Source of the DNA: Thalia democratica
Taxonomy: Eukaryota
Assembly: GCA_965202585.1 (NCBI GenBank)
Contig: CBDBBG010000103.1
Location: forward strand, 1 to 64,000
Direction of reading: 5' to 3'
DNA: 64,000 nucleotides
Shown in pieces: positions 25,820 to 38,779 of the stretch; positions within the stretch are counted from its first letter, which is position 1; each line of letters opens with the position of its first letter. The notes beneath the pieces are model-generated. The model was not told the DNA's origin. It searched no databases and worked only from the letters and a program-made list of their open reading frames with translations. A program made the position numbers and the translations under genes.

Positions 25820-27073
25820 CTGCACAACAAAAAAATGATTTTAAAAATATTGTTAAACAGTATTTTATCAATTTTGCCAATTAATTTAATTAAAAACTAT
25901 AAGCACTATTCATATTGTTGTATGTTTGTCTTTATCAAAGTTAATAACTAATAGTTTTTGTATGAGACTATCAGTTTAAATTTCTTTGGGTCTAATTTAC
26001 AACGTAATTAAAGTTTAGTGTTGTTTAGTTGCTATCTATGTACTTTAAACTTAACCAACAACAACTTTACAGCTTTTACTTAAAAAATACAAATGCTTCA
26101 TTTGAGACTACGTTAAAAGTATTAATTGTTAATGAAGACGATGTCCCAAATATAAATTAAAACTTACATAAGTATACCTTTCAAAAATACCAAAAGATTA
26201 ATAGTGAGTTTCTCATATATAGTTGTTTATAACATAGCCTTAGAAAAAAAATAACAAAGGTTTTTAAAAGAAACTCACAATAAAATGCTTTTCAACAAAG
26301 CCATCATTTTCTTTTTTTATCAAAATAAATCTGTAAAAATTTAGATAGTTAAAGATACTTTCTAGAACGTATAGTAATTATACAGTTTTACAGTTAGCAA
26401 TAATTTCTTTAGATTTTGTTTAAAAATCTTTTTCTAAAAAACAAAGTTTCGATACAAGCTTTTATACAATTGACCTTAAGACTAATGCTACAAATTCATA
26501 CTAAAACTGTGGCTAAAAGCCAGCAAATGATAACATAATGTAGAAACTTTCGTTTTTACTATAAGAATAGATAATATACTAGTTAAACTTATTTTGTTAG
26601 GTTTAGATAAAATTTAATTTAATATGATTAGAATAAAATGCAAAAAAATCTGAGTTTACTGCCATTTGTTATAATTAAAATGGAACACAAATGTGAAACT
26701 AAACTATAACTTGTTCATTGGATTTAACAACTGTGCTTTCTGTATAGTATGGTATTTAAAAGAAAACGTAAAAGGCCATTTTCTCAATGCAACGTATCGT
26801 TTACATAGTTGGTTACTTTGCTTTGTTGGCTAGTACAGTTGTTAAAACTTTGTTTGCTTATAATACACTTTTGAAAACTATTTAGCTGTTTTTTGTGTTA
26901 GCTAAACTAAAATAATGTTAATTTGTTCATTTAAGGTGGTCCAATAAAGTATTCACCTATATTAAAGTATTTATTTTAAACTTATAGTAGATACTTTTTA
27001 AATATATTGGTAAAAGTTATATTTTAATTTAGTGATAGAAAATTTAACTTTACTTAACAATTTTTTTTTTTAG

Positions 27074-27790
27074 ATTCAATTTAACATGTCGTGTTCACAT
27101 TCAGTAAAGACCAGGACAGGTATTTTCACTGCTTATACTGAGAAAGTTACAAAATGTGAGGCAGAAAGGAGATGCAGAAAAAGAGGTGAAATCCTAGCAC
27201 CTATTACGAACAAGAGGGACGCTCATAAAATTTTAAAGCTTTTCAAGTCAAACACTAAAAACGCAACGTGTGGTGTCAGCATTGACGACGGTTCTGACTA
27301 TTGGGTAGGTTTAGATGTGACTTACACAAAAGATGAAGATTCAAAGATATTTTCTAATGGAATAAGGTGGCATGAGAGGAAGCACGGCAAGATCTACCAT
27401 AACATGCTTGAATCGCACACCGATTGCGCTGAAGCATTGTTCATGCCCGTCTTTCACGAGGATAGACCTTATGCGATTGTTAACACGCAAAAGAAGTGTT
27501 TGAAAGAAAACAAGTACAAGTACCTGTGTCTGAAACCGGCTGAAAAAGTATCTGCTGAACCTATTAGTCAAGATGGTGAACTTGAAGATGGTGAAATTGG
27601 TGTTAATGGTGTTTTTATATCATCAGATATTGGGCTGCTTGTGATTCTAGTGTGTGTTATTTTGGCTTACATTCGATGGCAATCAGTTAGGAGAATGAAA
27701 ACGGAAATCAGTGAATTGAGGGAAGAGATCGGAATGTTGAAAAGAACTGCGTTCAAAGATGAAGGAAAAGATAAGCTTCAAACAAACTAG
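27074..27790 (+). CDS. C-type lectin-like type I membrane protein (CTLD + TM + short coiled-coil tail), main exon
   Basis: EAERRCRKRGEILAPI, DYWVGLD, DCA and KKC...KYLC give the CTLD cysteine pattern. TM is IGLLVILVCVILAYI; tail is ISELREEIGMLKR. An in-frame acceptor TTTTTTTTTTAG lies at 27061-27073. A candidate signal-peptide ORF (MQRIVYIVGYFALLAST) starts at 26787, splice join unresolved. Confidence 0.88.
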   Translation: MQFNMSCSHSVKTRTGIFTAYTEKVTKCEAERRCRKRGEILAPITNKRDAHKILKLFKSNTKNATCGVSIDDGSDYWVGLDVTYTKDEDSKIFSNGIRWHERKHGKIYHNMLESHTDCAEALFMPVFHEDRPYAIVNTQKKCLKENKYKYLCLKPAEKVSAEPISQDGELEDGEIGVNGVFISSDIGLLVILVCVILAYIRWQSVRRMKTEISELREEIGMLKRTAFKDEGKDKLQTN

Positions 27791-28759
27791 GCTTTTCAAT
27801 ACTGCTTCTATTTACTTACAAAATTTTAGTATATATGTAGATTTCAATACCTTGATTAAAAGGTTTAAATTTAAAGTTAAATGTTTGAAATTTTTAAGAA
27901 TTTATTTTTGAAGCTATTTTTTTAATTAAAACAGTGACAACTTGAAAAGCAACACGTAAAAAGTTATTTTTTCTTACAGAGGTTTCAGAATGAGTTTGAT
28001 CTTAATTTTTATGTTCGATTTTTTTTAATAAATTTACCATTGCAATTTACTAACTCTTATAAATAAATAATGACAAATAATATAATTAGTTTTAATTATT
28101 TTTGTTATTTCTATGTTCTTTTGATAGATTAAAAATACTTAATATAGTGTACTGATGTTGTTATTAATCTAACCAAAGCTTTGTATTGCTTAATCAGTTC
28201 TGTTATGCTTAGGTAATTAAGTAACTAGTTATTAATGTTATTTAAGGATAAGTTTAAAATTATAAACACTTGTATCTACTTGTATAGTAAGTTACCTTCA
28301 ACCTAGTTCATAAAACAATTAATATTTAAAACTACCACAAAGATAAATAGCTCTTAATCCAAAAAAAATAACAATAACTTTACGAAACAAACTGCTAGAT
28401 AGCTTGCAATTTTCATTAAACTGAAATATTTTGGAAATAAATTCTTGTATTTTTCAAAAAGTGTTCACAAAAATTTAATAGACGAGTTAAAAATAGTAGC
28501 TAATCCCATACCTAGTATAGTTAATAAACAAGTAAAGCAGACTTTTTATTTAAAGTTTTTAAGTTTAAGAAAAATATTTATATAATGACTGATATTACTA
28601 TCTCAAAAACTAAACAAGTTTTAAATGTTAAACTACTTATTGTTTAAAAAACAAACTATAGTTTTTTTGTAAGAAAAAGTTTGTTTCTTGTAACATTATT
28701 AAACTTAAAACTAGTTATCTTAAATTTTGTTTTAACAATAACTTTTTTTTAAACAATAG

Positions 28760-29260
28760 TTGTATAATCTAATCCTAAGCCCAACCACAGTATCTTAATT
28801 ATTTTCTACAAAAAAGATAAACTTAAAACAGAGTTTAGCCTATTATACTCATTGGTTATCTTGAGTACTAAAGTAGAAACTAAATATACTAAGGGTAAAT
28901 GACCAATGTATCAGTGCATCAGTAAAAACTGACTTTCAGTTGTGGTAAATAGAGCTTGATATATGTTACTGATATTTTTTTCATACCACTTCACTCAATT
29001 AGACAGAACTTTCTATCTCTACCTTTGTACTTAAAACCTAATCAAATCAACGATCATAAAAGCTAATATTGTTTCAAAAATGTTTGTCTCAAAAAGCTTC
29101 AAAATTTTATGAGCATCCCTTTTAAAGGTAATAGGTGCAAGGATTTCACCTTTTTCCTTGCACCTTTTTTCAACCTCTAATTTAGTTCAGTATAAGCAGT
29201 GAAAGTACCCGTCTTTGTCTTTACTGAATGTGAACAAGACATAAAACATGTTTGCACTTA
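28760..29260 (-). pseudogene. Inverted, decayed CTLD paralogue
   Basis: Minus strand has SCSHSVKTKTGTFTAYTE, KGEILAPITFKRDAHKILKLF and later KVLSN*VKWYEKNISNIY (cf. KIFSNGIRWHERKHGKIY), with multiple stops. Confidence 0.8.
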
Positions 29261-31617
29261 ACTATTACTCATAGTCAAAACTTATTTAGCATCATTAGAA
29301 ATAATGCTATTTAGTAACAGTAAATTAATGGTAGTTATAAAAATGTATTTCAGACAATAGATACACCATGATCATTAATAATAAATGAATAAAACACTTT
29401 AAGCTAAAAACCATAAAAAACTAAATTTACTATGTGTGAGATCAAATTTTTTTGAATATAAATTTCTAAATAAAATTCAACTACTTCAGACAGTTCAGCA
29501 CCAACAATAACAAACAATTTTAGTGATTAAGAATAGTTTACAACTTAAAGATGTGTTTAAAACATTTGAAAACATGGTTTCTATAGCTTTACCTTTTTGT
29601 CGTACACAAAGTATAAAACTATTACCAACAAAAAAGTTTTGTGCCTAATAGACTCTTACAAGTTTTGTAAAAATATTTACTGAACTATTATATTACCACT
29701 TTGTAAAACTATTTCTATCCACATACCTAATACATTGTTTTAGTTACAAAGAGAACAATTTGATGTTTACAGCTTATTAAAGTATAATTATGTATGACCT
29801 GTAAAAAAACTAAACTTTGTTAACAAAATCATATTTAAAAAAATTAGCATACTACCCAAAACAAATATGAAAAAGGTTTTATTAGAGTATATTTTTGTAA
29901 TAATATATATCCTATACAAAGACAGTGTACAACCAAACTACTTTTTGTAGGTTTTTTTGACAAATAGTATAGTACAATAGTAGTGTTACTAGATCCTCAA
30001 ATATAATGCACAATGCTAGCTTACTAAAAACAAAGTTCTCTAGCTAATAACAAAGTAAGTAAGCTAAACAACAGTTGAGTTGTTTAAAGCTTATTCGAAC
30101 AAAGATATTTCACAGCTTCACATGAAGATTTAGTATTACTACTACTGTAGAATTTTATTAATGACAAAAGAACTTAACTAACAAGTTAGTAAAGTATTTA
30201 TTGTTTTAAAACCATAGAACTTATGTTTATTTAGTATGTTTGTGTTAAAATTTAATAACCAATTCTTACTGCTTATAAACAACCAACAAAACTTTTACAA
30301 GTTTTTAAAAGTACAACTAAAACTAAATATACTTTGAAAATTTTATACTTAAACAGGTTTTCTATATCCCAACTACACTTATAGAACCACAACATTTTTA
30401 TCAACTCTTTTAGAAAATAGTTAAGAGTATTGATAAACTACAGACATAATATGCAAAACATTTTCTTAAACAAATAACTATTATATAAACATCTTTTTAA
30501 TTTCTTACATAGCTAAAAAATATCTTAATGAAAAATAAACAACTACTAACTTAAATTAAGCAAGCTTATAAAAATAAATGATAAAATTTTCTATCCTTTT
30601 ACATGTTGTAGTACTTTCTTCACGCCAGTTAGTTGTCTTCGTTTATGAAAAATTTCAATGTTTTTTCAAGTATAACTTCAAATATAACAACATTCTTCAT
30701 ATAATATATAACAAACTCAAAATATCTTCTTGTAATATTTTGCATTCCAAACTGAGAATAAAAATTTCTGTACTACACATAGACCAAAACGTCATAATGA
30801 AAATATTTAGCTACAGAACGATCGTTACGCCGATAAAATTTTTATGAGAAATTACCTAATTTGGAAAAAATTCGCTAATCTTTCTATCTTACTTGAACAT
30901 TTTGTTTAAACTAATATCTGAGCTATACAATCAGCAGAAACAAAACGTTTAACTAAACATTATAACATTTTTATTTAGCTTAACAATAGGGCTCATGAAA
31001 TAAGTTTTATTTTTAACGTTTTAAATTCCAATCTAGTAGTTTTAAAAAACTGTTATTAGAATGTTTTGAAGTAAATAAAATTATTCAAAACCAATATAAA
31101 CTTGTAAACCACACTCGAAGATTTAAAAGGCTCACATGTGTAACGCTGGTAAACTCAAAATCGAAGTTTTGTAGGCAAAAAAAATGTGCATATCATTTGT
31201 AATTGAGCTTAACAACTTGCGTTTAATCATATACAATTTTTATTAAACTTAATCAAACTCAGATTAAAACAATACTACTTCGTTTGTTTTAGATTTGGGG
31301 CAGGAGACTTTACAAGTCTGCAAGTTAATTTATCAGAAAAAGAGCTTCGCTTGCCAAACTTTAATAAGTCTTTGCAGGTCTTGATTTAGTTTAAAGTTTT
31401 ACTATAATACTTATGATTAAAATAATATTTTATAAAAACTCCTAACAAAAAAATAAAGCTTGTTGTAGTATTATAAAACTGTTAAAGTTGTTATTCTTTT
31501 AATAAACTTTTGTTTACAAACAATTTTTTATAACTATTGCTTTTATACTTCACTAAAATAGTATTATACAAAAAGTGTTTTTAATCGCTTGTAAATTTTT
31601 CGCACCCCTTAACAAAT

Positions 31618-32993
31618 GGCAAGGTGTCAGAATGGCACAGCGACGCTTTAGCACGGTTCGTCAATTGTGCACAGTGGGTTACTTTAGCACGGCGTCACTT
31701 TCGCACGAGGTCATTTTAGCACAACGAGTCACTTTTGCACAGTGGATCACTTTTGCAAGGCGTCACTTTTGCACAGGGGGTCATTCTTGCAAGGCGTCAT
31801 AGCACGGTGCGTCACTATAGCACGGTGGGTTACTTTAGCACCGTAGATCACTTTTGCACGGCGTCACTTTTTCACGGGGGTCAAGTTCGCATGGAGCCTT
31901 ATTTTTGCAAGAACTAAACCTTTTCAATATGAGGATTTATGTAACATTTTATTTAACTGATTTAACTGTTAGTTTGAACTAATTTTTGTTTTTTAATTGT
32001 TAATAGTTTTTTAAGAAAAACTTAACTTTATATTTTATATTACTTATGTATATAGTAATAGTATTAAGTATTAAAACACTACTTAATATCAAACCTAAAA
32101 GTGCTTAAATTTGTTACTTCCAATCATATCAAATTTTAACAATACATTTTAAATTAAGTAAATAATAAATAATATGTTAAGATAGTAAAGATAGTAACTA
32201 ATCAATGCTTAAATGTATTTTTTTTAGTTAAACGACAGCTTAAATTTTTCAAAACTTTGTCAAAAAAAAACTCAAGAATACAAAGTAGTAAAATTGTTTA
32301 AAAACAAATTAAAATCTGTTTTTAGATACTTTTAGTGTATTATTTTTACGGGTTTCGTGATTAAAATATAATTATTTTTTTACTTTGTACCATATGGTAA
32401 TACAATAATCTTAACATTCTAAAGTTTTCACTTTAATTTTTTTTAGGCGAGAAAATTTAGTAAAACTAAGAAAAGCTTTTAAGTATTAACCCTGTTTCTT
32501 TAAATTAAGCCTTATAAATTTAATTAAATTGACCAAATAGCTTAAAATTTTTGTACTATACTTTTTGAAACAACTATATTTTTTTAAATATCGAATTTAG
32601 TTTCATACAACATAAACTTGTTTTAGATTAAATTTTACTTAGTACTACATTTAAAAAATTATTACAATACTTCCAAAATAAAGTTGTAAATTAAGTTTAA
32701 ATATTTTACGAATCTAACGCTTATTTACTTTTAACTTTCAGTTTAGTTTTTAAACACGTGTTTATATATTACAGTGTTCTAAGTATTTATAATTAACAAA
32801 AAACTTTCAAATGAATTTTTCAAACGTATTTGTGCGAAATAACGCTCAGTCAAAAAAAAACTTTTTTCAAAGACGCATCAAGCAAAAATAAAAAAGAAAG
32901 AAGGAGTGCAAAAATGACGCTTGGTGGTAAACTGACGCCGTGCTAAAGTTACGCACCGTGTTAAAGTGACGCCGTGCTATTCTGACCCGCTCC
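31618..32993. mobile_element. Non-autonomous Mutator/foldback-like DNA transposon (~1.38 kb) with 9-bp TSD
   Basis: Termini GGCAAGGTGTCAGAATGGCACAG / reverse complement GGAGCGGGTCAGAATAGCACGG. Subterminal 16-17-bp tandem repeats (GTCACTTTTGCACGG) in opposite orientation at each end. Flanks TTAACAAAT (31609-31617) and CTAACAAAT (32994-33002). No transposase ORF. Confidence 0.8.
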
Positions 32994-33084
32994 CTAACAA
33001 ATATACTATGCATTGCCACTGCTGTGTACTAAAATGGAATGAAATGTATTTCAAAATATTTGTTAAACAAAACGCAATCTTTTT

Positions 33085-33142
33085 TCTAGCGAAAAATGCG
33101 GGTAGAATTTGACCCGCTGGCCGAAGGTTACTCGCTTCTGAT
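33085..33142 (-). mobile_element. Possible hAT-type MITE terminus remnant
   Basis: Minus strand CAGAAGCGAGTAACCTTCGGCCAGCGGGTCAAATTCTACCCGC resembles the CAG..GGCCCGCGGGCCAAAT..GCCCGC subterminal pattern of hAT MITEs. Similar fragments occur at ~3790-3830 and ~49515-49555. No partner end found. Confidence 0.35.
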
Positions 33143-36100
33143 TTATAGTGTTGTGACTTTATATCTTCTAACTTAGTGTCTAATTCGAGTTTTTTTTTAA
33201 ATTGGCTAGAAAGAGTGATACTCACATAAATACTTAAGAAATAAATTTATATTACTTTTAATTTCTATTTAGCATTATGTTTTTTAAAGTTTGAAAGTGT
33301 CTTTTTTTCAGCAACTTAAGTTCTTTTTTTAGAGTACTTTTAAATTAAGACAAACATCTTGTAAGCTTATGTTAATAAACAAAAGTACTTTTTCCTACAT
33401 TTATTTAATGTAGGTTAAACCGTATTTGTAAGCTTTATGTGTAACTAAAAACACATATAAAACTTCAGTTTAATTTATTATATTTGTTGAAAACTACATA
33501 TAAAGTAACTTGGCATTTTAAAATAATTTACCACTCAGAAAAGTAAATGCAAAAGTGTTTAAATTTTGTTATAAACATTTTGGAAGAACTATTGTTGTAA
33601 ATTTTTAGAATGGTTAAACTGTTTTACTTTTAACATTTGTAATAATTAAGAAACTTTTTTAGCTTTACTCAAAACTTAGGTACTAGTTAACTTCTTAAAG
33701 CATTAGTGTTGAAGTTCTAAATGGATAAACAAAACGCTTATCACATGCCAGAAAAGTTTGCTTTGAAAGCCACATTTTTCAGATCTATGATTAAAACTAA
33801 ACATTAAAAAGAAATTTCTAAATATTAAGAAAAATTTAACTATTTTCAATGTTTCATGCTTTAAAAAAAATTTATTGAACCAGTTAAGTTTAAAATTATT
33901 ATACAAATACACAAACACTACTTTTAAGATATGAAACTTTGTTTTCTTTACTGTTAGTATATATTGAATGTAAAGCTTGTTTATGTAAAACTAGTATCAC
34001 AATACTATACTCAACGTTCGGACAGTTAAAAAGTGATATTCCTTTTAATATTTTTAACTTTTAATTTTACTAGTTGAGCAAATTTAATATCAAAATAAAC
34101 AGCTAAACCGTCTTAAAATAAAAACAGTTTGTACTTTTAAATTTCAACGCTGACTGTATTAATCGTTTAAACTGTATATAACTAATATTACTAATGATAG
34201 AACATAACTAACATATTTAATTTTTTGTGAGGAAAACAATATAAACAAAACATCATTCAAAACCTTAAGATAAATTCGTAGATTGAAACAAAACCAATTA
34301 AATACCAGAAATTTTGTAAGTTTTACTAACATCACCTTCTATTGTAAAGTTACAATTATAACGTTTTATTAGAAAATTACTTATTGCATTTTAATTAATT
34401 CAAAAATTAATTATACAAATGTTTTCGACCAAAAACTAACCTTTTTACACTATAGTATGTATAGTTCTACTAATAAATTGGTACTTCTATTTACGAACCT
34501 TCTTTTACCTGTTACATTCACTTTTAAAAAAATGTTCTTAACCTAGTGAACCTTTGAAGATTATGAAAACTCTTAACTAGGACCACACATATGTATGTTT
34601 CTAAATAGTTATCTTATTATGTTATTATATATTTTGTATATCGTAAAAATATAAAAGAAAATAGTCCTTATAAGACTTATAGTTAATCCTTATAAGATTC
34701 ACTAAGACTTATTATTTTGTAAACTGTTTTAGCTGATGTGAAGGTCTACTTACCTTTTATTTAACTTTTACAAATATATTACAATTTACTAGACATCTAT
34801 AAGTTGTTACAATAAATCAAAGCTTAACTTGATTAACTTTTATATGAAAAAACACCTTTTTCTAATAGGAAAAAATGAATTCATCAAGAGTTACTACATA
34901 AAGTCTGATAACTTTGGTTATTACTGGAACTATTTTATTTAGTTTTATTAGATATATTCTTAGACTTTACTAAAGTTTGATCCTTGGTTAGACCTAAAAA
35001 TATGGATTTTATAAAACATTTAATTCACTTTTCACTTAAACGTAGTTTAGATTCACTTTGAGTTTACCACATGGTTCTTTTTTTTATTAACCGAACTTTA
35101 TTATAAAGCTACTTGAATAAGTGTACAAAAATTTTATTTAAAAATTCTTGGAAACATCAAAAAAATAAAACTTTGAGAATTATTCTTGTTTATTTTTGAT
35201 GTATGGTACTTTTTTGTTTGAGATTAAAAGTTGCTGTTGTAGGTTAGTACAAATCTTGTGTTGGAAAAGGTATACATTTCTTATTCAAATAAAATAATTG
35301 TTTATACTATGTAGTTTATGTTATCTCAGATTAACTTAACACGAAGTATTTATTATAATAGTCAACAAATTTGCAGTATTAAAAGTTATATATAAATATG
35401 TAGCACATACACTTGATCAATCTTTCTTTAAGCTTAAGAACTTAAACTCTTTAAATGATTCTCAAAATTCAAAACGTGTTATTAGTTTTTGTCATTATAA
35501 GAGTTCTTATTTTAGTTAACATAAATGGTGTTAGTTCATGATCTTAGAATATAAGTAGAGAAAGAATATGTGATATTTAGCTAAAACAAGGTTTGAACTT
35601 AAGTATATTCTAGAACGCTATAAAACCAGAAGAGTATTAAAAAGCTCTCAGAGCTTAGTGACGTAATAATCAAACAAATTACTTTTTTTTAATAAAAATT
35701 CTCTTTACAATTCATTTTTGATATATGATCTAGGAGTATGCATGCTTCTTGTCTTTTAGATATTTTCAATTTTAAAGTTTTAACTTTCTTTTATAAATTG
35801 ATTTTTTTACTGCTTAGATTTAAACTAAATTAAGTGAAAGATTTTCTTTCCACATAAATACAGAGCTTATCAGCTTATGTAATAGCAGCTTCAATATTAT
35901 TAAAGTTTTGCTTGCAGTTTCGTTAAAGAATATATCAACAAATTAATCTTGTAGACTTATATAGTCCTCTAAACAAACTATGTCTAGATTAAGAATAAAT
36001 ATTGTTTTTTCACAAGAGTCATTTAGCAGAGAACATTTTAGTATAATAACAAGTTAGCTTTTTAAAGCTTAGTTATAGAGTTTTTTTCATTGTTTTATTA

Positions 36101-36399
36101 GTAAGCTTGTTATATGTGAATAAACATTTTTGTTTAGTTCTGCTCTCTGTACAACAACTTTCTTTGCCTGAATAACAATGAAAAGTTATTTCTGTGTAAA
36201 GTTACTCTAATGGCTGCAGTCATTTTTAGCTTATTTTAAACAAACATCTTTTAGATTAGGTCAAAATATTCTTAAAGATGCTTGCTAAAGGTCTTTTCGA
36301 TGCTTTGTTGTCAGAAAGAAATAGAATTTGTAGATAAATTAATTTTTAAACTAGTATTCGTTTATTACTGTTCCCAAAATATGAATTAAAGCTGAACAG

Positions 36400-37790
36400 T
36401 ACCTGAACGTACCTTCTGCTCTCCTTGCGGGTGCCACCTCTATTTATGTAACATTTTCTGTGCCTGAAAATTATTAAAACCAAACAATAAGTTTTAAAAA
36501 TAATGAAAAAGTTAAATTGCTCATGAAGAACTGCCTTTACAAAATGTTTAAAATAAATTAAAATACTGCATAAATTTCTCACTAGTGATAGTATGTAGCT
36601 ACATTTAAACACTGTTTGAAATTTACTTGTTTAACAGCCCAAAGCAAGTTGTAAGATTTGAATAATTATAAACAATAAGATTTACCAAAATGTATTAAAG
36701 TTGTTACTTACTTGAACATCACTTTTCCTCTTATAATGCATCCAGCAAGACTACTACCAGGACAACCACCTGCTATAAGGGCCACAACCATTACATTCCA
36801 ATGGTTGTTCTTTTGTTCTGCCCTATTGCTGCTTGGTGAAATGCTTGGACCCTTTTCACAAACAATTCTATAAGTTTTAAGCATCGGCCTGCAGCTAATG
36901 ACCTTTTTTAACCTAGAATTTAGTAAAAATTCTGCACAGCTTTTTCTTTAACAATGCCATAGTATATGTCAAACTCTGTCTCCTGGCTTACATTTTATTA
37001 CTTCCAAAAGAAATAAATAATGTTTAAGTAACTTTAATAACTTGAGCTTTATTCTCCCCTTGTAGTACAGCCACCAGAACAACGACCGCAATACAACAAA
37101 CAATGATTGCAACAACCATAGCAGTTCAATGGTAGCTGTTCTCTTCTTCAGCTCCACTGCTGTTTGCTGAAAAACTTGCTACCTCGTCCTCTTCGCACAC
37201 AACACTAAAACGGCAACGTCATTGGCCTACAGCTGCTGACCTCTTCCGTGGCCTGACTCAAGGACGAAAATAAAAGTAATACAGCCGCTGCTTGCTGTTG
37301 AAAGGCGGTAGTATTTGTGGTTCTTGACCTCCTTGCTACCATCCAAACCCTCGAGGTACTCCCTCACTCTTTTACTATCCATGTACCTCAATCCATTTCC
37401 CTGACAACCTTCTGCTCTCCTTGCGGGTGCTACTTCCACCAGATTTTCTGTGTCTGAAAATTGTTAAAACCAAATATTAATAGCGAACACCAGTTGCATT
37501 AACGGTTTTCCTCTGCATCAACTTCAGTGTTGCTTGCTGAAGTACTTTCCCACGACGTCATCAGCCTGAAGCTGCTAACCTCTTCTGGTACTGATTTTAG
37601 TACTATCAGAAACGCTTCTAGTACTTATCAAGCTGATTTTCTTGACTTTCATTTAGATTATCAGGTGTATCCTCACTTTTTACCGTCTATGTTCCTAAAA
37701 CCATATCCCTTACATGTTCAAAGACAATAAGATTCAAGTTTACAAACTTTTTTTACAACCACTTTGAAGCCCTCTATACTAGTAGTTTTG
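36400..37790 (-). pseudogene. Tandem decayed CTLD-TM exons of the receptor-kinase family
   Basis: 37040-37460: ARRAEGCQGNGLRYMDSK...YYRLST...GCITF...SSCRPMTLP/SVVCEEDE...MVVAIIVCCIAVVVLVAVL. 37500-37790: CKGYGFRNIDGK...EEVSSFRLMT. 36720-36880: IVCEKG...MVVALIAG. 36410-36470: start of another copy. Stops and frameshifts throughout. Confidence 0.75.
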
Positions 37791-38779
37791 ATGAGCAATA
37801 AATATATTTTATTCTGCATTTCAACTTTACTAACTTTTCCATCTTTACATATAAATTTGAGAAAAGCTATTTGGTATTTCATTTTTTAATAACTTAATTT
37901 GCACAACTATTAAATTAATTCTACCAGCTCTTCTAAATAAATACAATTTTGCAAAGCAAAACCGTCATTTTTTTGCTTTATTTAATTTTATTGAAAATTA
38001 ATTGAAATTTTGATGTTTGTATCTTTTTCAATCACAGTTTCAAAGCATCTTAAGTTAATTTCCTTGTACAGCTTAAACAAATCTTCTGAACTACATTACA
38101 AGATTTTTTTAACCCAGCCATGAAGCTTTTAATGTGTAAACAGAATTATGATAACTTAAAAGTTCTCCACATCCATAAACTCAATTTGTAGAACTGTTTG
38201 ATTAGTTCTACCAACTCATCTAAAAAATTTCATTTGAGAAAAATTAAAACTGTATTTTTTAAACTTGCTTTGAGCTTGTTGATATTTCACAACTGAATTT
38301 AGAATTTGTTAATTTTACAATGTCAAAAATCTTTTTCAAAAAGAAGTCAGTATACACAATAATCAAAGTCAATAGATCTTTAACTAAAGTTTAAATGAAA
38401 CTAACTTCCTCGCCTCCGAACTGGGTGGGGCATTTCTGTGTATTTTCTCACTTGGAACACATGCAGTAGTTTGTGTGAAAATGTTAACTGTATTTTTTTC
38501 TACTTTTTTACATCAATTTTGATTTAAGTAATTTTTATCATCGCATTAAATAAATATTATTTGCGATAGCTGTCTAAACATTTGTACAAATTGTTTTAAC
38601 TAAAGATAAACTTATTATGAGCTGGCTAATGTTTTTATTGCTGTTTTGAGAGCATAGCCGAAAAAAATGGGTACTACAAGTTCTTATTTTAACAGTTATG
38701 AAACAGCACAAAAATTGTTAAAGTTTATTAAAACTTAACTTTATTGGACAGTCTTTTTTTAACATTCACACCTCTACAG

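Noticed and set aside
30578-30847. 89-aa ORF (and 61931..62119) and most other 60-100-aa ORFs in the track
   Set aside because: Low-complexity AT-rich translations, often alternative-start, disrupted between duplicated copies, with no motifs.
31618-31890. CRISPR-like or coding interpretation of the 16-17-bp repeat array (ORFs 31575 and 31735)
   Set aside because: Repeats are contiguous and degenerate with no unique spacers, the DNA is eukaryotic, and they are subterminal repeats of a TIR element with a TSD.
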